64,000 nt of DNA from Armatimonadota bacterium (lineage in GTDB: Bacteria; Armatimonadota; UBA10988), in assembly GCA_016235455.1 (NCBI GenBank), contig JACRKZ010000017.1, positions 1 to 64,000 of the forward strand, read 5' to 3'. The position numbers were made by a program, and so were the translations under genes. Positions within the stretch are counted from its first letter, which is position 1; each line of letters opens with the position of its first letter. Below, piece after piece: positions 45,901 through 54,912 of the stretch. Below the pieces are notes generated by a model that ran no database searches, was not told the DNA's origin, and worked only from the letters and a program-made list of their open reading frames with translations.

Positions 45901-46041
45901 CCAGTCGGCGGGCAGCGCCTTCTCGGGCGGAATCAGCTCGGCATGGCCGGGAGCGGCAACGGCACGACCGGCGGTCAGCGCGGTTGCGCTCAGGGCCACT
46001 AGCCCCACGAAGTCACGGCGGGAGAGATCGTCGAGAGACAT
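42970..46041 (-). CDS. Tat-exported GH116-family glycosidase with inserted beta-sandwich module
   Basis: SRRDFV, GMPCGG, GWEGVGCCVGTCTHVWHY, HNTLD, NEVECGDHYARSMASY. Confidence 0.88.
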   Translation of the reverse strand: MSLDDLSRRDFVGLVALSATALTAGRAVAAPGHAELIPPEKALPADWLASLTTRGRRTVLSGTELELVGMPCGGLTTGQMYLGGDGRLWHWDVMNLTAGTGDGHYANPPKPSSPLDQGFALAVTSGGQTDMRGLDRDGFAEVRFTGEYPLATIEYSDPACPVKVKLEAGSPFIPGDLASSSFPATLLAYTLTNTSNAPVDVELAGWLENAVGLRTGADWSLTRTNRIQRAGGLLWLDCAGSVPAEGSGGRAAVTFADFEGETYGEWKAEGAAVGTAPSRKAGHDQRLAGFEGKGLVNTYPDSDQPQGSLTSPTFTISRRCINFLIGGGDHPGETCINLLIDGKVVRTATGKNTDAMAWASWNVAEFEGKTATIQIVDRHSGGWGHIDIDQIEFADRPRRARTDATQEPDWGTMGLALLDAKPTDRGVSALPAGAIPSGLFAVAGAGEGPQSRPFGRRLRGALSRRLTLAPGASAEVVFAVCWHFGNLYLDDQRRGRQYAARFADARAVATELARSHAELRRQTRLWCDTWYDSTLPYWLLDRTLANASILATSTTQRWDNGRIWGWEGVGCCVGTCTHVWHYAQAAARLFPEVERIMREQQDFGPGLGADGQIGMRGEWNGRAAIDGHCGTILRAYREHQMSADDAFLERLWPRVKRALDWAIGEDGNNDGYIEKGEHNTLDTDWFGPHAWFNTLYLAALRAGAAMAREMGEPDAATRYDTLVASGVKLLEERLYNGEYFVHLKDPTKPEALGSGQGCEIDQVFGQHWTRMVGLGGFIDPAKVRSALASLYKYNFAVDVGPYRKVHTTGRMYAMPGEGGLLMCTFPKGGEDEALGKPPVWASMYFNECMNGFEYQAAGHMIWEGLVTEGLAVTRALHDRYGAAKRNPYNEVECGDHYARSMASYGVFLAVCGYEYHGPKGHLGFAPRVSPEQFQAAFTAAEGWGTYRQTRAAGTLAASVSVKWGQVRLRTMSFEAQGTPKAAKVTLANQAVPATVSQEGTRLLLTLGRDVTVPAGGELKIELA

Positions 46042-46059
46042 GGCAGGCTCCACGGCCTG

Positions 46060-48789
46060 TCAGTTCTCCTCGCCGGCGGCTTCGCCTCCCACCTGCTCGC
46101 GAACGACACGGAGCAGAGCCTTGGCGGTATAGGGTTTGGGCAACAGACAGGCGCCCAGGCGCGCGATGGCCTGCTCGGCGCGGGTCTGGTCCGTGTAGCC
46201 CGAGGTGAAGACGACCGGCAGCGCCGGCCGCTCGGCGCGGGCGCGGTCGGCCAGTTCCACGCCGTCCATCTCGGGCATGACCACATCGGTGAAGAGCAGG
46301 TCGATCGGCTGGTCCAGGTCGCTCAGCATGGCCAGGGCCACGCTCGGCAGCCCGGCGTCGAGCACGCGGTAGCCGTGCCGCTCGAGCATCCGCCGCGCCA
46401 GACGGCGAATGGCATCGGCGTCCTCCACCACCAGGACCGTCTCGCGGCCGCCCTGGCTCGGCTCCTCGGCGGCCGGCTCGCGCGGACTCTCGGCTCCGGC
46501 CGCCGCCAGCGGCAGCCAGACCCGGAAGGTGGTGCCCAGGCCAGGCGCACTCTCGCAGGCGATCTGGCCAGAGGCCTGACGCACGATGCCGTAGACCGTG
46601 GACAGCCCCAGCCCGGTGCCCTCATGCGCGGGTTTGGTGGTGAAGAACGGCTCGAAGATGCGTTCGCGGGTGGCCTCATCCATGCCGACGCCCGTATCAG
46701 TCACGGCCAGTAGCGCGTGGCCGTCGGCGGCCGAGTCCGGGTCGTGCGACAAGCCGCCCGGGCCCTCACCGGCCGACAGCACGATGCGCAAGACGCCGCC
46801 ACGCGGCATGGCGGCGCGCGCGTTGACCACCAGGTTGACCACCACCTGCTCGATCTGCGTGGGGTCGGCATGGACCCAGACGGGCGTCTCGGGCACCTCG
46901 ATGCCGAAGTCGACATCCTCACCCACCAAAGGCTGCAGCATGGCGCGCAGCCCGACCAGCACCTGGCCCAGATCGGCGATGCGCGGCTGCACCATCTGGC
47001 GGCGGCTGAAGGTGAGCAGTTGGCGGGTCAGCGAAGCCGCGCGCTGCGCCGCGCCGACCACCTGATCCAGGTCCTCGCGCTGCTGCTCGTCGAGCGGGCT
47101 CTCGGCAAGCATGTCGGCGTAGCCGCGGATGCTGGTGAGCAGGTTGTTGAAGTCGTGGGCCACGCCGCCGGCGAGCTGGCCGATGGCTTCCATCCGGCTG
47201 GACTGCTGCAGCCGACCTTCAAGCGCCTCGCGCTCGCGGGCCGCACGCTCTCGCGTCAGCTCGGTGGCGGCCCGCGTGGCCAGAATGGACAGCGCCTCGC
47301 GGACCAGCTGGCTGACCACCAACGGCTCGCGAGAGAGCGCGGCGAGTGTGCCAATCACCTCGCCATCGGCGCCGCGCAGGCAGAGCCCAGCGTAGGACTC
47401 AGCACCCAGCGCCACGAGGTCGGCATCATCGGGGAAGAGCGCCCGCACCCCGCGCTCGTAGACGACCAGCCCGTGCTGCACCGCCTGCTCGCAGGGCGTG
47501 GCCCCCAGCTCGAACTCGATGGGCTCGCCAAACCGGCCCGCGGCCAGGTAGGTCAGCGAGCGGCAGTGCCCGCCGGGCAGCAACTCGGTCACCAGTACGT
47601 ACTCGCAGCCGGTCTGGCGCGCCACCTCGATGGCGATGGACTCGTAGAGCTGGTCGCCCGACGACTCGGAGATGGTCTCGGCCAGCGAGCGGAGGTCGGC
47701 TTCGCGCTCCCTGACCGCGTCGCTCATGACCGCGAAGGCGCCGGCCAGGCCGGCCACCTCGACATACGGCGACTCGGGCAGACGAGCGGTGTAGTCACCG
47801 CCGGCCAGGGCCAGGGCGGCCTCGTGCAAGTGCACGAGCGGGCGCGCCACGCGACGGCCGACGAGCCAGCCACCCAAGCCGGCCAGGGTCGCCGCCAGCA
47901 GGAGCACGGTCCAGAACAGCACGGCCAGGTGCCGTAGCGGCCGGAAGGCTTCGCCGGCGTCCTGGCAGACCATCAGCCACCACCCGGTCTTGTCCACCGA
48001 CGCCAGGCTGCCCAGGTAGGCGCGGCCCGAGACCATGACCTGCTCGGACGACCCTTTACCCGCTCGCGTGAGCGCCATGAGGCGCGCCCAGAGCAGTCGG
48101 TCAGTGGCGCCGTCGGGCTGTTCGGAGAAGATGATGTTGCCGTGCTGGTCGAGCAACGCGAGGCAGCGGTGGGTGGCGCCGGCCACCTCGGTGTCGGCGC
48201 TCCGTCGCAAGCGATCGAGCCCCAGGTGGGCCAGCACAACGTAGTCGCCGCGTCGTTGGGCCACGGTGGCCGATAGCGCGCCGGTGACCAACGAGCGGTA
48301 AGCATCGGACCAGGCTGGCACCGTCGACTCTCGGGCGGCGCGGAGCACCGGTACGGCCGACAGGTCCAGCCCAAGGTAGTCTTCACGAGCCGCGGCGCGC
48401 TGTGGCGAGAGCCCGACGGCGATGATGCGGTCGTGGGAGTCCACCACATAGATCGACTCGAGCGATGGCGTGGTGGCCACCACGCGGTCGAGCAGATCGG
48501 CCATGCGCGCGTCATCCGCGCCATGCGTGGCCACCATGTTGTGCAACTGATCGAGCACCACTTCGCAGGCCAGCATCTGCTGTCGCGCCAAGGCCGCCGC
48601 GGCCCGCGCCAGCGTCGTGCTGTCCGACAGGACCTGCCGTCGTTCATGGCCCATCAAGACCTTGCGCAGCGGCGCCGAGACGAACAGCAGCGGCCCGATC
48701 GCGCTCAGGCAGAACAGCAACGCCAGCACACGAGTCAGCTGTACCCGCCGTCGGCCGCGGGCCGGGTCAGCGTCGCAGGCCATGGCCAT
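46060..48789 (-). CDS. Hybrid sensor histidine kinase (Cache-HAMP-GAF-HisKA-HATPase-REC)
   Basis: AGGVAHDFNNLL, NLVVNAR, DTGVGM, FFTTK, GTGLGL, LFTDVVMP. Confidence 0.94.
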   Translation of the reverse strand: MAMACDADPARGRRRVQLTRVLALLFCLSAIGPLLFVSAPLRKVLMGHERRQVLSDSTTLARAAAALARQQMLACEVVLDQLHNMVATHGADDARMADLLDRVVATTPSLESIYVVDSHDRIIAVGLSPQRAAAREDYLGLDLSAVPVLRAARESTVPAWSDAYRSLVTGALSATVAQRRGDYVVLAHLGLDRLRRSADTEVAGATHRCLALLDQHGNIIFSEQPDGATDRLLWARLMALTRAGKGSSEQVMVSGRAYLGSLASVDKTGWWLMVCQDAGEAFRPLRHLAVLFWTVLLLAATLAGLGGWLVGRRVARPLVHLHEAALALAGGDYTARLPESPYVEVAGLAGAFAVMSDAVREREADLRSLAETISESSGDQLYESIAIEVARQTGCEYVLVTELLPGGHCRSLTYLAAGRFGEPIEFELGATPCEQAVQHGLVVYERGVRALFPDDADLVALGAESYAGLCLRGADGEVIGTLAALSREPLVVSQLVREALSILATRAATELTRERAAREREALEGRLQQSSRMEAIGQLAGGVAHDFNNLLTSIRGYADMLAESPLDEQQREDLDQVVGAAQRAASLTRQLLTFSRRQMVQPRIADLGQVLVGLRAMLQPLVGEDVDFGIEVPETPVWVHADPTQIEQVVVNLVVNARAAMPRGGVLRIVLSAGEGPGGLSHDPDSAADGHALLAVTDTGVGMDEATRERIFEPFFTTKPAHEGTGLGLSTVYGIVRQASGQIACESAPGLGTTFRVWLPLAAAGAESPREPAAEEPSQGGRETVLVVEDADAIRRLARRMLERHGYRVLDAGLPSVALAMLSDLDQPIDLLFTDVVMPEMDGVELADRARAERPALPVVFTSGYTDQTRAEQAIARLGACLLPKPYTAKALLRVVREQVGGEAAGEEN

Positions 48790-49921
48790 CCGTCGCCCCC
48801 TCGGTCACCAGTCGTCCACCAACCACACGCACGGCGTAGAGCTGCCGCAACACGTCGCCGTTGTCGTCGAACTCGATAAGGCCCTGGAGTCCCTCGAACC
48901 GACGGATGGCCAGGAGGGTGCGCGGGAGCTCGGTCTGCCGTGGATCGCGCCGGAGCGCGGTCAAGAGCACGTTGGCACTGTCGTAGCCATGCACCGCGGC
49001 GAACTCGGGCGACCGGGCATAGCGCGCCTCAAACGCGCGCTTGAACGCCAGATAGCGCGGTGCCTGGCTGTTGCGGTCGACGGTGTGCATGGCAAAGAGG
49101 CCCTCTATGGCCCGGCCACCGTGGGCCAGCAGGTCATCGGTCAGCGACCAGTCGGCCACCACGAGGAGCGGCTGCTTGCCCTGCTTGGCCACCTGTTGCG
49201 CCACCATGGCGGCGTCCATGGCGTTGGCCAGCACGTAGAGGCACGCTGGGTTGGTGGCCATCACGCTCCGCACCAGCTCCGCGAACCGGGTTGTGGGTCC
49301 GGTCTTGAACGATACCGCGCCAACCATGCGGCCGCCGGTCTTGGTGTACTCCCGCTCGAAAGCCTCCTTGCAGCTCAGCGTGAAGCTGGCGTTGCTCGTC
49401 TCGTAGAGGACGGCGGCCGTGCGCAGGTTCTTCGACTCGCCCACGCGCCGGCCCAAGGTGCCGGCGATGGCGTGGTTGTCGGGGTAGACGCGGAAGAAGC
49501 AGTCGGCTCGGCCGTTCAGCTCATGCGTGCTGGTGGTGGGGCTCAGCATCAGCACACCGCGCTGGTTGAACAGTGGCAGCGCCGCGACCGAGGCGTTGCT
49601 GGTCATGTGCCCGATCAGCGCCACGATGCCGCGATCGAGCATGGCCGCATCGCGCCGGCAAGCAATGTCGCCATCCATCTCGTCATCGCCGATGAGCAGT
49701 TCGACCCGGCTTCCGCCCACGCCGCCCGAGGCCATGCACTCCTCGACGGCAAGCCGCACGCCATCCAGGCCGGCGTTGCCCAGGTCGGCGTTGCGGCCGC
49801 TCAACGGCCCGCCATAGCCAATGACGATAGGTGGCCGCGGCCCGCAGCCCGATCCCAGCAGCGCCACCGCGGCCAAAGCGGCGGCAAGCAGGATTCGGCG
49901 CACGGTCAACAGGAGAGGCAT
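48767..49921 (-). CDS. Branched-chain amino-acid-type substrate-binding lipoprotein
   Basis: Lipobox LLGSGC, IGYGGPLSG, IGHMTS, FEGLQGLIEFDDNGD. Confidence 0.88.
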   Translation of the reverse strand: MPLLLTVRRILLAAALAAVALLGSGCGPRPPIVIGYGGPLSGRNADLGNAGLDGVRLAVEECMASGGVGGSRVELLIGDDEMDGDIACRRDAAMLDRGIVALIGHMTSNASVAALPLFNQRGVLMLSPTTSTHELNGRADCFFRVYPDNHAIAGTLGRRVGESKNLRTAAVLYETSNASFTLSCKEAFEREYTKTGGRMVGAVSFKTGPTTRFAELVRSVMATNPACLYVLANAMDAAMVAQQVAKQGKQPLLVVADWSLTDDLLAHGGRAIEGLFAMHTVDRNSQAPRYLAFKRAFEARYARSPEFAAVHGYDSANVLLTALRRDPRQTELPRTLLAIRRFEGLQGLIEFDDNGDVLRQLYAVRVVGGRLVTEGATDGHGLRR

Positions 49922-50010
49922 GGCCAGAGTATGCGCCACAGGCGTGACGAAGGCCAAGGAGCAGTGTGTCAGATGCCGTTCACACAAGCGGGTCTGAGGC
50001 GAGCGGCCGG

Positions 50011-51558
50011 CTACTCGAGCGAGAAGTCCGGCTCGTCGATCTCGTCGTCGAACATGCCGGCCAGCACCATGCGCACCGGCTCGCCCAGCGGCGAAGCATC
50101 GTCCTCGAGGCTACCGCACGGCAGGTTGAGCTTGTGCTCGCGCAACTCGCGCGGCACGTCGATGGGGTAGTCGCCGGTCAGGCAGGCCCAACAGAAGTGC
50201 TTGGCGCTGACGCCCAGCGCACGGGCCAGGCCCTTGGTGGAGAGATAGCCCAGGCTGTCCGCGCCGACGTGTTTGCAGATCTCGTCGACGGTGTGCGACG
50301 AGGCGATCAGCTCCTCGCGCGTGGCCATGTCGATGCCGTAGAAGCACGGCCACTTGATGGGCGGCGAGCAGATGCGCAGATGCACCTCGCGCGCGCCGGC
50401 CTCGCGCAGCAGCGCCACCAGGCGCTGCGTGGTCGTACCGCGCACGATGCTGTCGTCCACCGCCACCACACGCCGGCCCGCCAGGGTCTCGGTCAGCGGC
50501 GTGTACTTGAGTCGCGCGCCCATGTCGCGCAGGCGCTGGTCGGGCTGGATGAAGGTGCGCTGGATGTAGCGGTTCTTGACCAAGCCGATGTCAAACGGCA
50601 CGCGCGCCACGGAGGCGAAGCCCACCGCGCCCGGGGTGCCGGTGTCGGGCACGCCGATGACCACGTCGGCTCCGCCGGCCACGGGATGCTCCTGGGCCAG
50701 CACTTCACCCATGTGGCGCCGCGCTTCGTGCAGCGACCGGCCGTAGATGATGCTGTCGGGCCGCGCGAAGTAGATGGTCTCGAAGATGCACATGGCCTGA
50801 CGCGGCGACTCGGCGGCCTGGAAGAAGCGCACACCCTCGTCGTCGACCACGCAGACCTCACCGGGCTCGATCTCGCGCACCAGCTTGGCGCCCACGGCGT
50901 TGAGCGCGCAGGTCTCGCTGGCCACCACGTAGGTCTTCTCATCGAGCCGGCCCAGGCACAGCGGGTGCAGCCCGTGCGGGTCGCGGCAGGCGATCAACTC
51001 GCGCTCGGTGCAGATGGCCAGGGAGTAAGCGCCCTCGATCTGCGCCATGAGCGAACTCATGGCCTCCTCGATGGGCGTGGCGCGCGACAGGTCGCGGAAG
51101 AGCAGCCGCGCGATGACCTCGGTGTCGCTGGTCCCCGAGAACCGCATGCCCTGGGCTTCGAGGCGCTGGCGCAAGGCGTTGGAGTTGACCAGGTTGCCGT
51201 TGTGCGCGACGGCCAGCGACGACTCGCTGTCGCCCACGAGGATGGGCTGCGCGTTGCGGATTACGGACGAACCGGTGGTGGAGTACCGCACATGGCCCAC
51301 GGCGATATGGCCGCGCAGGCGCGAGAGCACGGTCTCGTCGAAAATCTGGTTGACCAGACCCATCTGCTTGTGCAGATAGATCTCGCCCCCGTCGCTCACC
51401 GCGATGCCGGCCGACTCCTGGCCGCGATGCTGGAGGGTGAACAAGCCGAAGTAGCTGAGTCGGGCGACCTCATGGCCGGGGCCATAGACGCCGAACACGC
51501 CGCACTCGTGTCGAGGCTTGTCGGATCTCGCGCTGGACGAGCAACCGCTCGATGCCAT
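50011..51558 (-). CDS. purF: Amidophosphoribosyltransferase
   Basis: ECGVFG, LQHRGQESAG, GHVRYSTTG, HNGNL, VDDSIVRGTT. Confidence 0.98.
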   Translation of the reverse strand: MASSGCSSSARSDKPRHECGVFGVYGPGHEVARLSYFGLFTLQHRGQESAGIAVSDGGEIYLHKQMGLVNQIFDETVLSRLRGHIAVGHVRYSTTGSSVIRNAQPILVGDSESSLAVAHNGNLVNSNALRQRLEAQGMRFSGTSDTEVIARLLFRDLSRATPIEEAMSSLMAQIEGAYSLAICTERELIACRDPHGLHPLCLGRLDEKTYVVASETCALNAVGAKLVREIEPGEVCVVDDEGVRFFQAAESPRQAMCIFETIYFARPDSIIYGRSLHEARRHMGEVLAQEHPVAGGADVVIGVPDTGTPGAVGFASVARVPFDIGLVKNRYIQRTFIQPDQRLRDMGARLKYTPLTETLAGRRVVAVDDSIVRGTTTQRLVALLREAGAREVHLRICSPPIKWPCFYGIDMATREELIASSHTVDEICKHVGADSLGYLSTKGLARALGVSAKHFCWACLTGDYPIDVPRELREHKLNLPCGSLEDDASPLGEPVRMVLAGMFDDEIDEPDFSLE

Positions 51559-51591
51559 TGCCTACCTCACTGGGGACTACTGGACCAAGGC

Positions 51592-51620
51592 ATCTTAGCA
51601 CCGCATTCGCCTTCGGGCAA
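51592..51620 (-). promoter_or_regulatory. Probable purF promoter
   Basis: TTGCCC-17 nt-TAAGAT with extended TGn. Confidence 0.55.
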
Positions 51621-51812
51621 CCGAGGGATCATGGGCGGCGGTGAACCCGAGATGATACGAATGGTACTTCCACTCAGTATCGGCGCCGCCAGTGGCGGAC
51701 CCCCACTGGTTCGGGCTGGTCGACACAAGGGCAGGCCCTGGCGACAGCCGATGGCAGCGCCATTCGAGGAGACACGGAACAGGCGACCGCGCGCCACTCG
51801 ATCGCCGGCTGT

Positions 51813-52826
51813 TCAGCGCGCCACCGGCGTCAGAATCCCCAGCCGCCACGGGATCGCGCCATAGCCGACCCCCGCCTTCTCCGCCTGCGTCGCGCCCTGG
51901 AACAGCAACCGCCAGTCGCTCGGGTCGACGGTCAGCGTCTCGTCATTGCCGGCCCGTAGCAGCTCGGCATGGCTGATATTGTCGGTCCAGGCGGTAACAC
52001 CCGCCGCCGGCCTGGCGTTGCGCGCACCGGCCAGCGGCTTGGCCTCGCTGTCGGCCACCGGCGTCCAGTCGCCGTCCAGCCGGTCGGCGACATAGGCCTT
52101 GTAGTAACGCCGCCCGCCGGGGTTGGCCTCGATGATCGTCAGCCATTGCTCGCGCCCGGCCAGGCGATAGGTGTGCGAGGCCTCGAAGATGTCGCCCCAG
52201 AGCGCCAGCTTGAGGTCGCCCCAGCCACGAGGGAACTGGTCAAGCGGAGTCGACAGCCGCCACATCTTGCCGTTGTCCGTGGTGTAGAACAGGTACATCT
52301 TCTGGCTGTCGGCGATCATCCAGTAGTCCAGGCCACCCTCGATCCGCGGATCGGCCGGTCCGCCGTCGAGCGCCGGCGCAGCCTTGGTCCAGGATTGGGG
52401 ATCGGCGATGTCCTTGGTGGTCGAGTAAGCCACCCACATCTTCTTGGCGCCCGGCACACCCATCTGGTAAATCAGGTACCACAGCCCGTGCGGCCGGTGG
52501 AAGAACACCTGTGGCGCACAGAAGTACTTGCTGTCGCACACCGTCAGCACGGTGCGCGGCGCCTGGTCGGCATCTTCCCAGCGCGCGAACGAGCTGTACT
52601 CGGTGATCGTGCGGTCGGCGCATTTGATGGTCATGAACAGGTGCCAGCGGCCCTCATGGAAGACCACGGTCGGGTCCTTCTGTGCATGCGAGGGCAGGAG
52701 TTCGCGCGGCTCGGGTCGCACCAGCGGCGCGGTGTACTCCCATGCGGCGGGTAGCGCCAGCGGCTCGTTGGCCGCCATGGCACTGGTGGCCATCAGCAGC
52801 AGGGCGCTCAGGCTCGTCATCGTCAT
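51813..52826 (-). CDS. GH62-like alpha-L-arabinofuranosidase
   Basis: KDPTVV, APQVF, LDYWMI, DNGK, IFEA, ISHAELLR. Confidence 0.85.
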   Translation of the reverse strand: MTMTSLSALLLMATSAMAANEPLALPAAWEYTAPLVRPEPRELLPSHAQKDPTVVFHEGRWHLFMTIKCADRTITEYSSFARWEDADQAPRTVLTVCDSKYFCAPQVFFHRPHGLWYLIYQMGVPGAKKMWVAYSTTKDIADPQSWTKAAPALDGGPADPRIEGGLDYWMIADSQKMYLFYTTDNGKMWRLSTPLDQFPRGWGDLKLALWGDIFEASHTYRLAGREQWLTIIEANPGGRRYYKAYVADRLDGDWTPVADSEAKPLAGARNARPAAGVTAWTDNISHAELLRAGNDETLTVDPSDWRLLFQGATQAEKAGVGYGAIPWRLGILTPVAR

Positions 52827-52932
52827 CTCCCCACGGTCAACACCCAGAGCGTGGCATAGCCTGCGACGCGGCGCAACTCCTCGGGGCGGAACCGCTCTGG
52901 TCGCGGCGTGTCCAAGCGCCTGGGAGCAGACG

Positions 52933-53619
52933 ATGCGCGGGTGTTGGTTGCACTGGCTGGTAGCGGCGGCGGTGGTGGGCGCGATGCCCGCGGCGGCGAG
53001 TTCGCGGTTCGATCTGACCAGCGACTTCGTCTCGGACTACGTCTTCCGCGGCGCCAACCAGCGGCAGGGCGCGTCCATCCAGACGTCACTGAGCTACGGC
53101 CTGTACGACACGCTGACCGCCTCGCTGTGGACCAATCTGCGGCTCGAAGGCGCCATGGCGCTGAGCGAGACGGACTACGACCTGCGCTGGACCTACCTGA
53201 GCGCGTCGCGCGCCAAGTTCACCGTGGGCGCCACCTATTTCGACCGCAACAGCGCCCTGCTCGGCCGCGAGACCGCCGAAGCCTACGCTGGCGTGGAGAT
53301 GCACATTCCCGGCCGGCCGAGCCTGTATCTCTACTACGACTGGCTGCGCAACCCCGGCCTCTATGCCGAGGCCAGCGTCGGCCATCGCTTCCTGCTACCC
53401 GGCTACAAAGGCACCGTCGACCTGTCCGCCGCGGTCGGCCTCGACAGCGGCCGCACCAACGGCTTTCAGGCCGGCCGCCTGAGCGTCAGCGTGACCCGCC
53501 TGCTCGGCGACTGGCGCATCTCGCCCGGCGTCGACCTGTGGTTCCCCTCCAACGCCGTCGAGCCGACCGTCCACAGCTTCCAGCCAGTGTTCCGCTTCAC
53601 GGCCTCGCGGTCGTTCTAG
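52933..53619 (+). CDS. Outer-membrane beta-barrel (TorF-like putative porin)
   Basis: Signal peptide, SDYVFRG, ETDYDL, terminal Phe. Confidence 0.75.
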   Translation: MRGCWLHWLVAAAVVGAMPAAASSRFDLTSDFVSDYVFRGANQRQGASIQTSLSYGLYDTLTASLWTNLRLEGAMALSETDYDLRWTYLSASRAKFTVGATYFDRNSALLGRETAEAYAGVEMHIPGRPSLYLYYDWLRNPGLYAEASVGHRFLLPGYKGTVDLSAAVGLDSGRTNGFQAGRLSVSVTRLLGDWRISPGVDLWFPSNAVEPTVHSFQPVFRFTASRSF

Positions 53620-53630
53620 CCACAGAGCGC

Positions 53631-53727
53631 AGATCCACAGATTACGCAGATTACACAGATTGAACGGCGCGATCCGGCCCGATGGCGGATCAGTCCCATC
53701 TGTGTAATCTGCGTAATCTGTGGATCT
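53631..53727. repeat. 9-mer-unit palindromic element, copy D (perfect 30-bp arms)
   Basis: AGATCCACAGATTACGCAGATTACACAGAT ... ATCTGTGTAATCTGCGTAATCTGTGGATCT. Confidence 0.95.
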
Positions 53728-53731
53728 TTGC

Positions 53732-54898
53732 TCACACGAACCGCGCGGGATCGATGGGGTAGACGCCCCATTCGTCCCGGCAGCGCTTCATCTCCAGGAT
53801 GTTCTCCGCGCGCGCGTCGACCGCCAGTGAGTGCGTGGAGCCCATGATGTAGCCACCGCCGGGCGCCGCGTGCTCGAAGGCGTAGCGGGCGTCGTTGCGG
53901 ATCTCGTCCTGGCTGCCCAGGATGATGTGCTCGTGCCAGATGCCACCCCACAGGCAGAGACGGTCGCCCACGCGCTCCTTGAGCCGCTTCAGGTCCATGC
54001 CGGCCGTGGCCTGGATGGCCTCGTAGGCATCGTAGATGTCGGCCAGGTCGTCGATGATCGGCCAGGTGTGCCCGCAGCAGTGCTTGAGCACCCACAGCCC
54101 ATGGCGGTGCGCCTCCTCGACATGCGCCTGGTGCCAGGGCCGGACCATGCGCCGGTAGATCTCCGGACTGGCCATGAGCCCCGTGTTGCTGCCCAGGTCG
54201 CCACACGGCATGATGCCGTCGACGCCCAGCGCGGCATAGAGCTGCACCTCGCGCACGATGCGCTTGCCCTGCAGCTCGCCCAGCTTCTCGCAGATCTCGG
54301 GGTAGAGGACCAGGTTCATCCACTGGTCCTCCTCGGTCGCCCCGAAGCCGGGGAAGCCGACATCGCCCACGGTGACCATGACAAAGTGGGTGTCCTTCAT
54401 CTCGGCCACGGCGTGCCGCACCAGCTCCCACTGCGATGCATTGGGGTCTGGCAGCGGCTCGGCGTCCAGGCGGTCGATGGCTTCCTGGATGCCTTCGACC
54501 GTGGGCGGCTTGTACGCATCGACATTGCGCTTGAGCGGCATCAGATCGTGCGTGGTGGAGGAGACGCGGTAGACGTTGCCGCCGCCGTCGCGGTAGGTGA
54601 CATCGTCGACCTTCTCCAGCGGTGCTGGGTGATAGCCCTCGGGCGGCACGCCGCCGACAAAGCAGATGTCCATCTCCAGCGCACGCACCAGGTCGAGCCG
54701 GTCGCGCTTGTAGCTGGCCACCACCTCGTCACGCCGGCCGTCCCACAGCGCCTGGGTCTCGCGCATCTTGGCCTGGACGAAGGTCTCCCGGCCGAGGATG
54801 TCCTCGTAGACGTTGTAGTCGATGGAGTGCTCGCCCCAGGGGATGCGGTCCGGCTCACGGTGCTCCAGGGCCGCGATGACCCGCTCGCGTGGCAACAT
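53732..54898 (-). CDS. Uroporphyrinogen decarboxylase-like (MtaA/CmuA superfamily) protein
   Basis: RERVIAALEHREPDRIP, GDLG, KHCCG, LWGGI, GGGYIMGSTHSL. Confidence 0.85.
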   Translation of the reverse strand: MLPRERVIAALEHREPDRIPWGEHSIDYNVYEDILGRETFVQAKMRETQALWDGRRDEVVASYKRDRLDLVRALEMDICFVGGVPPEGYHPAPLEKVDDVTYRDGGGNVYRVSSTTHDLMPLKRNVDAYKPPTVEGIQEAIDRLDAEPLPDPNASQWELVRHAVAEMKDTHFVMVTVGDVGFPGFGATEEDQWMNLVLYPEICEKLGELQGKRIVREVQLYAALGVDGIMPCGDLGSNTGLMASPEIYRRMVRPWHQAHVEEAHRHGLWVLKHCCGHTWPIIDDLADIYDAYEAIQATAGMDLKRLKERVGDRLCLWGGIWHEHIILGSQDEIRNDARYAFEHAAPGGGYIMGSTHSLAVDARAENILEMKRCRDEWGVYPIDPARFV

Positions 54899-54912
54899 GG
54901 CGCTGGTCCTTC

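Noticed and set aside
51559-51812. Purine, ZTP or PRPP riboswitch upstream of purF
   Set aside because: Likely promoter lies only about 35 nt from the start codon and no aptamer consensus was recognised.
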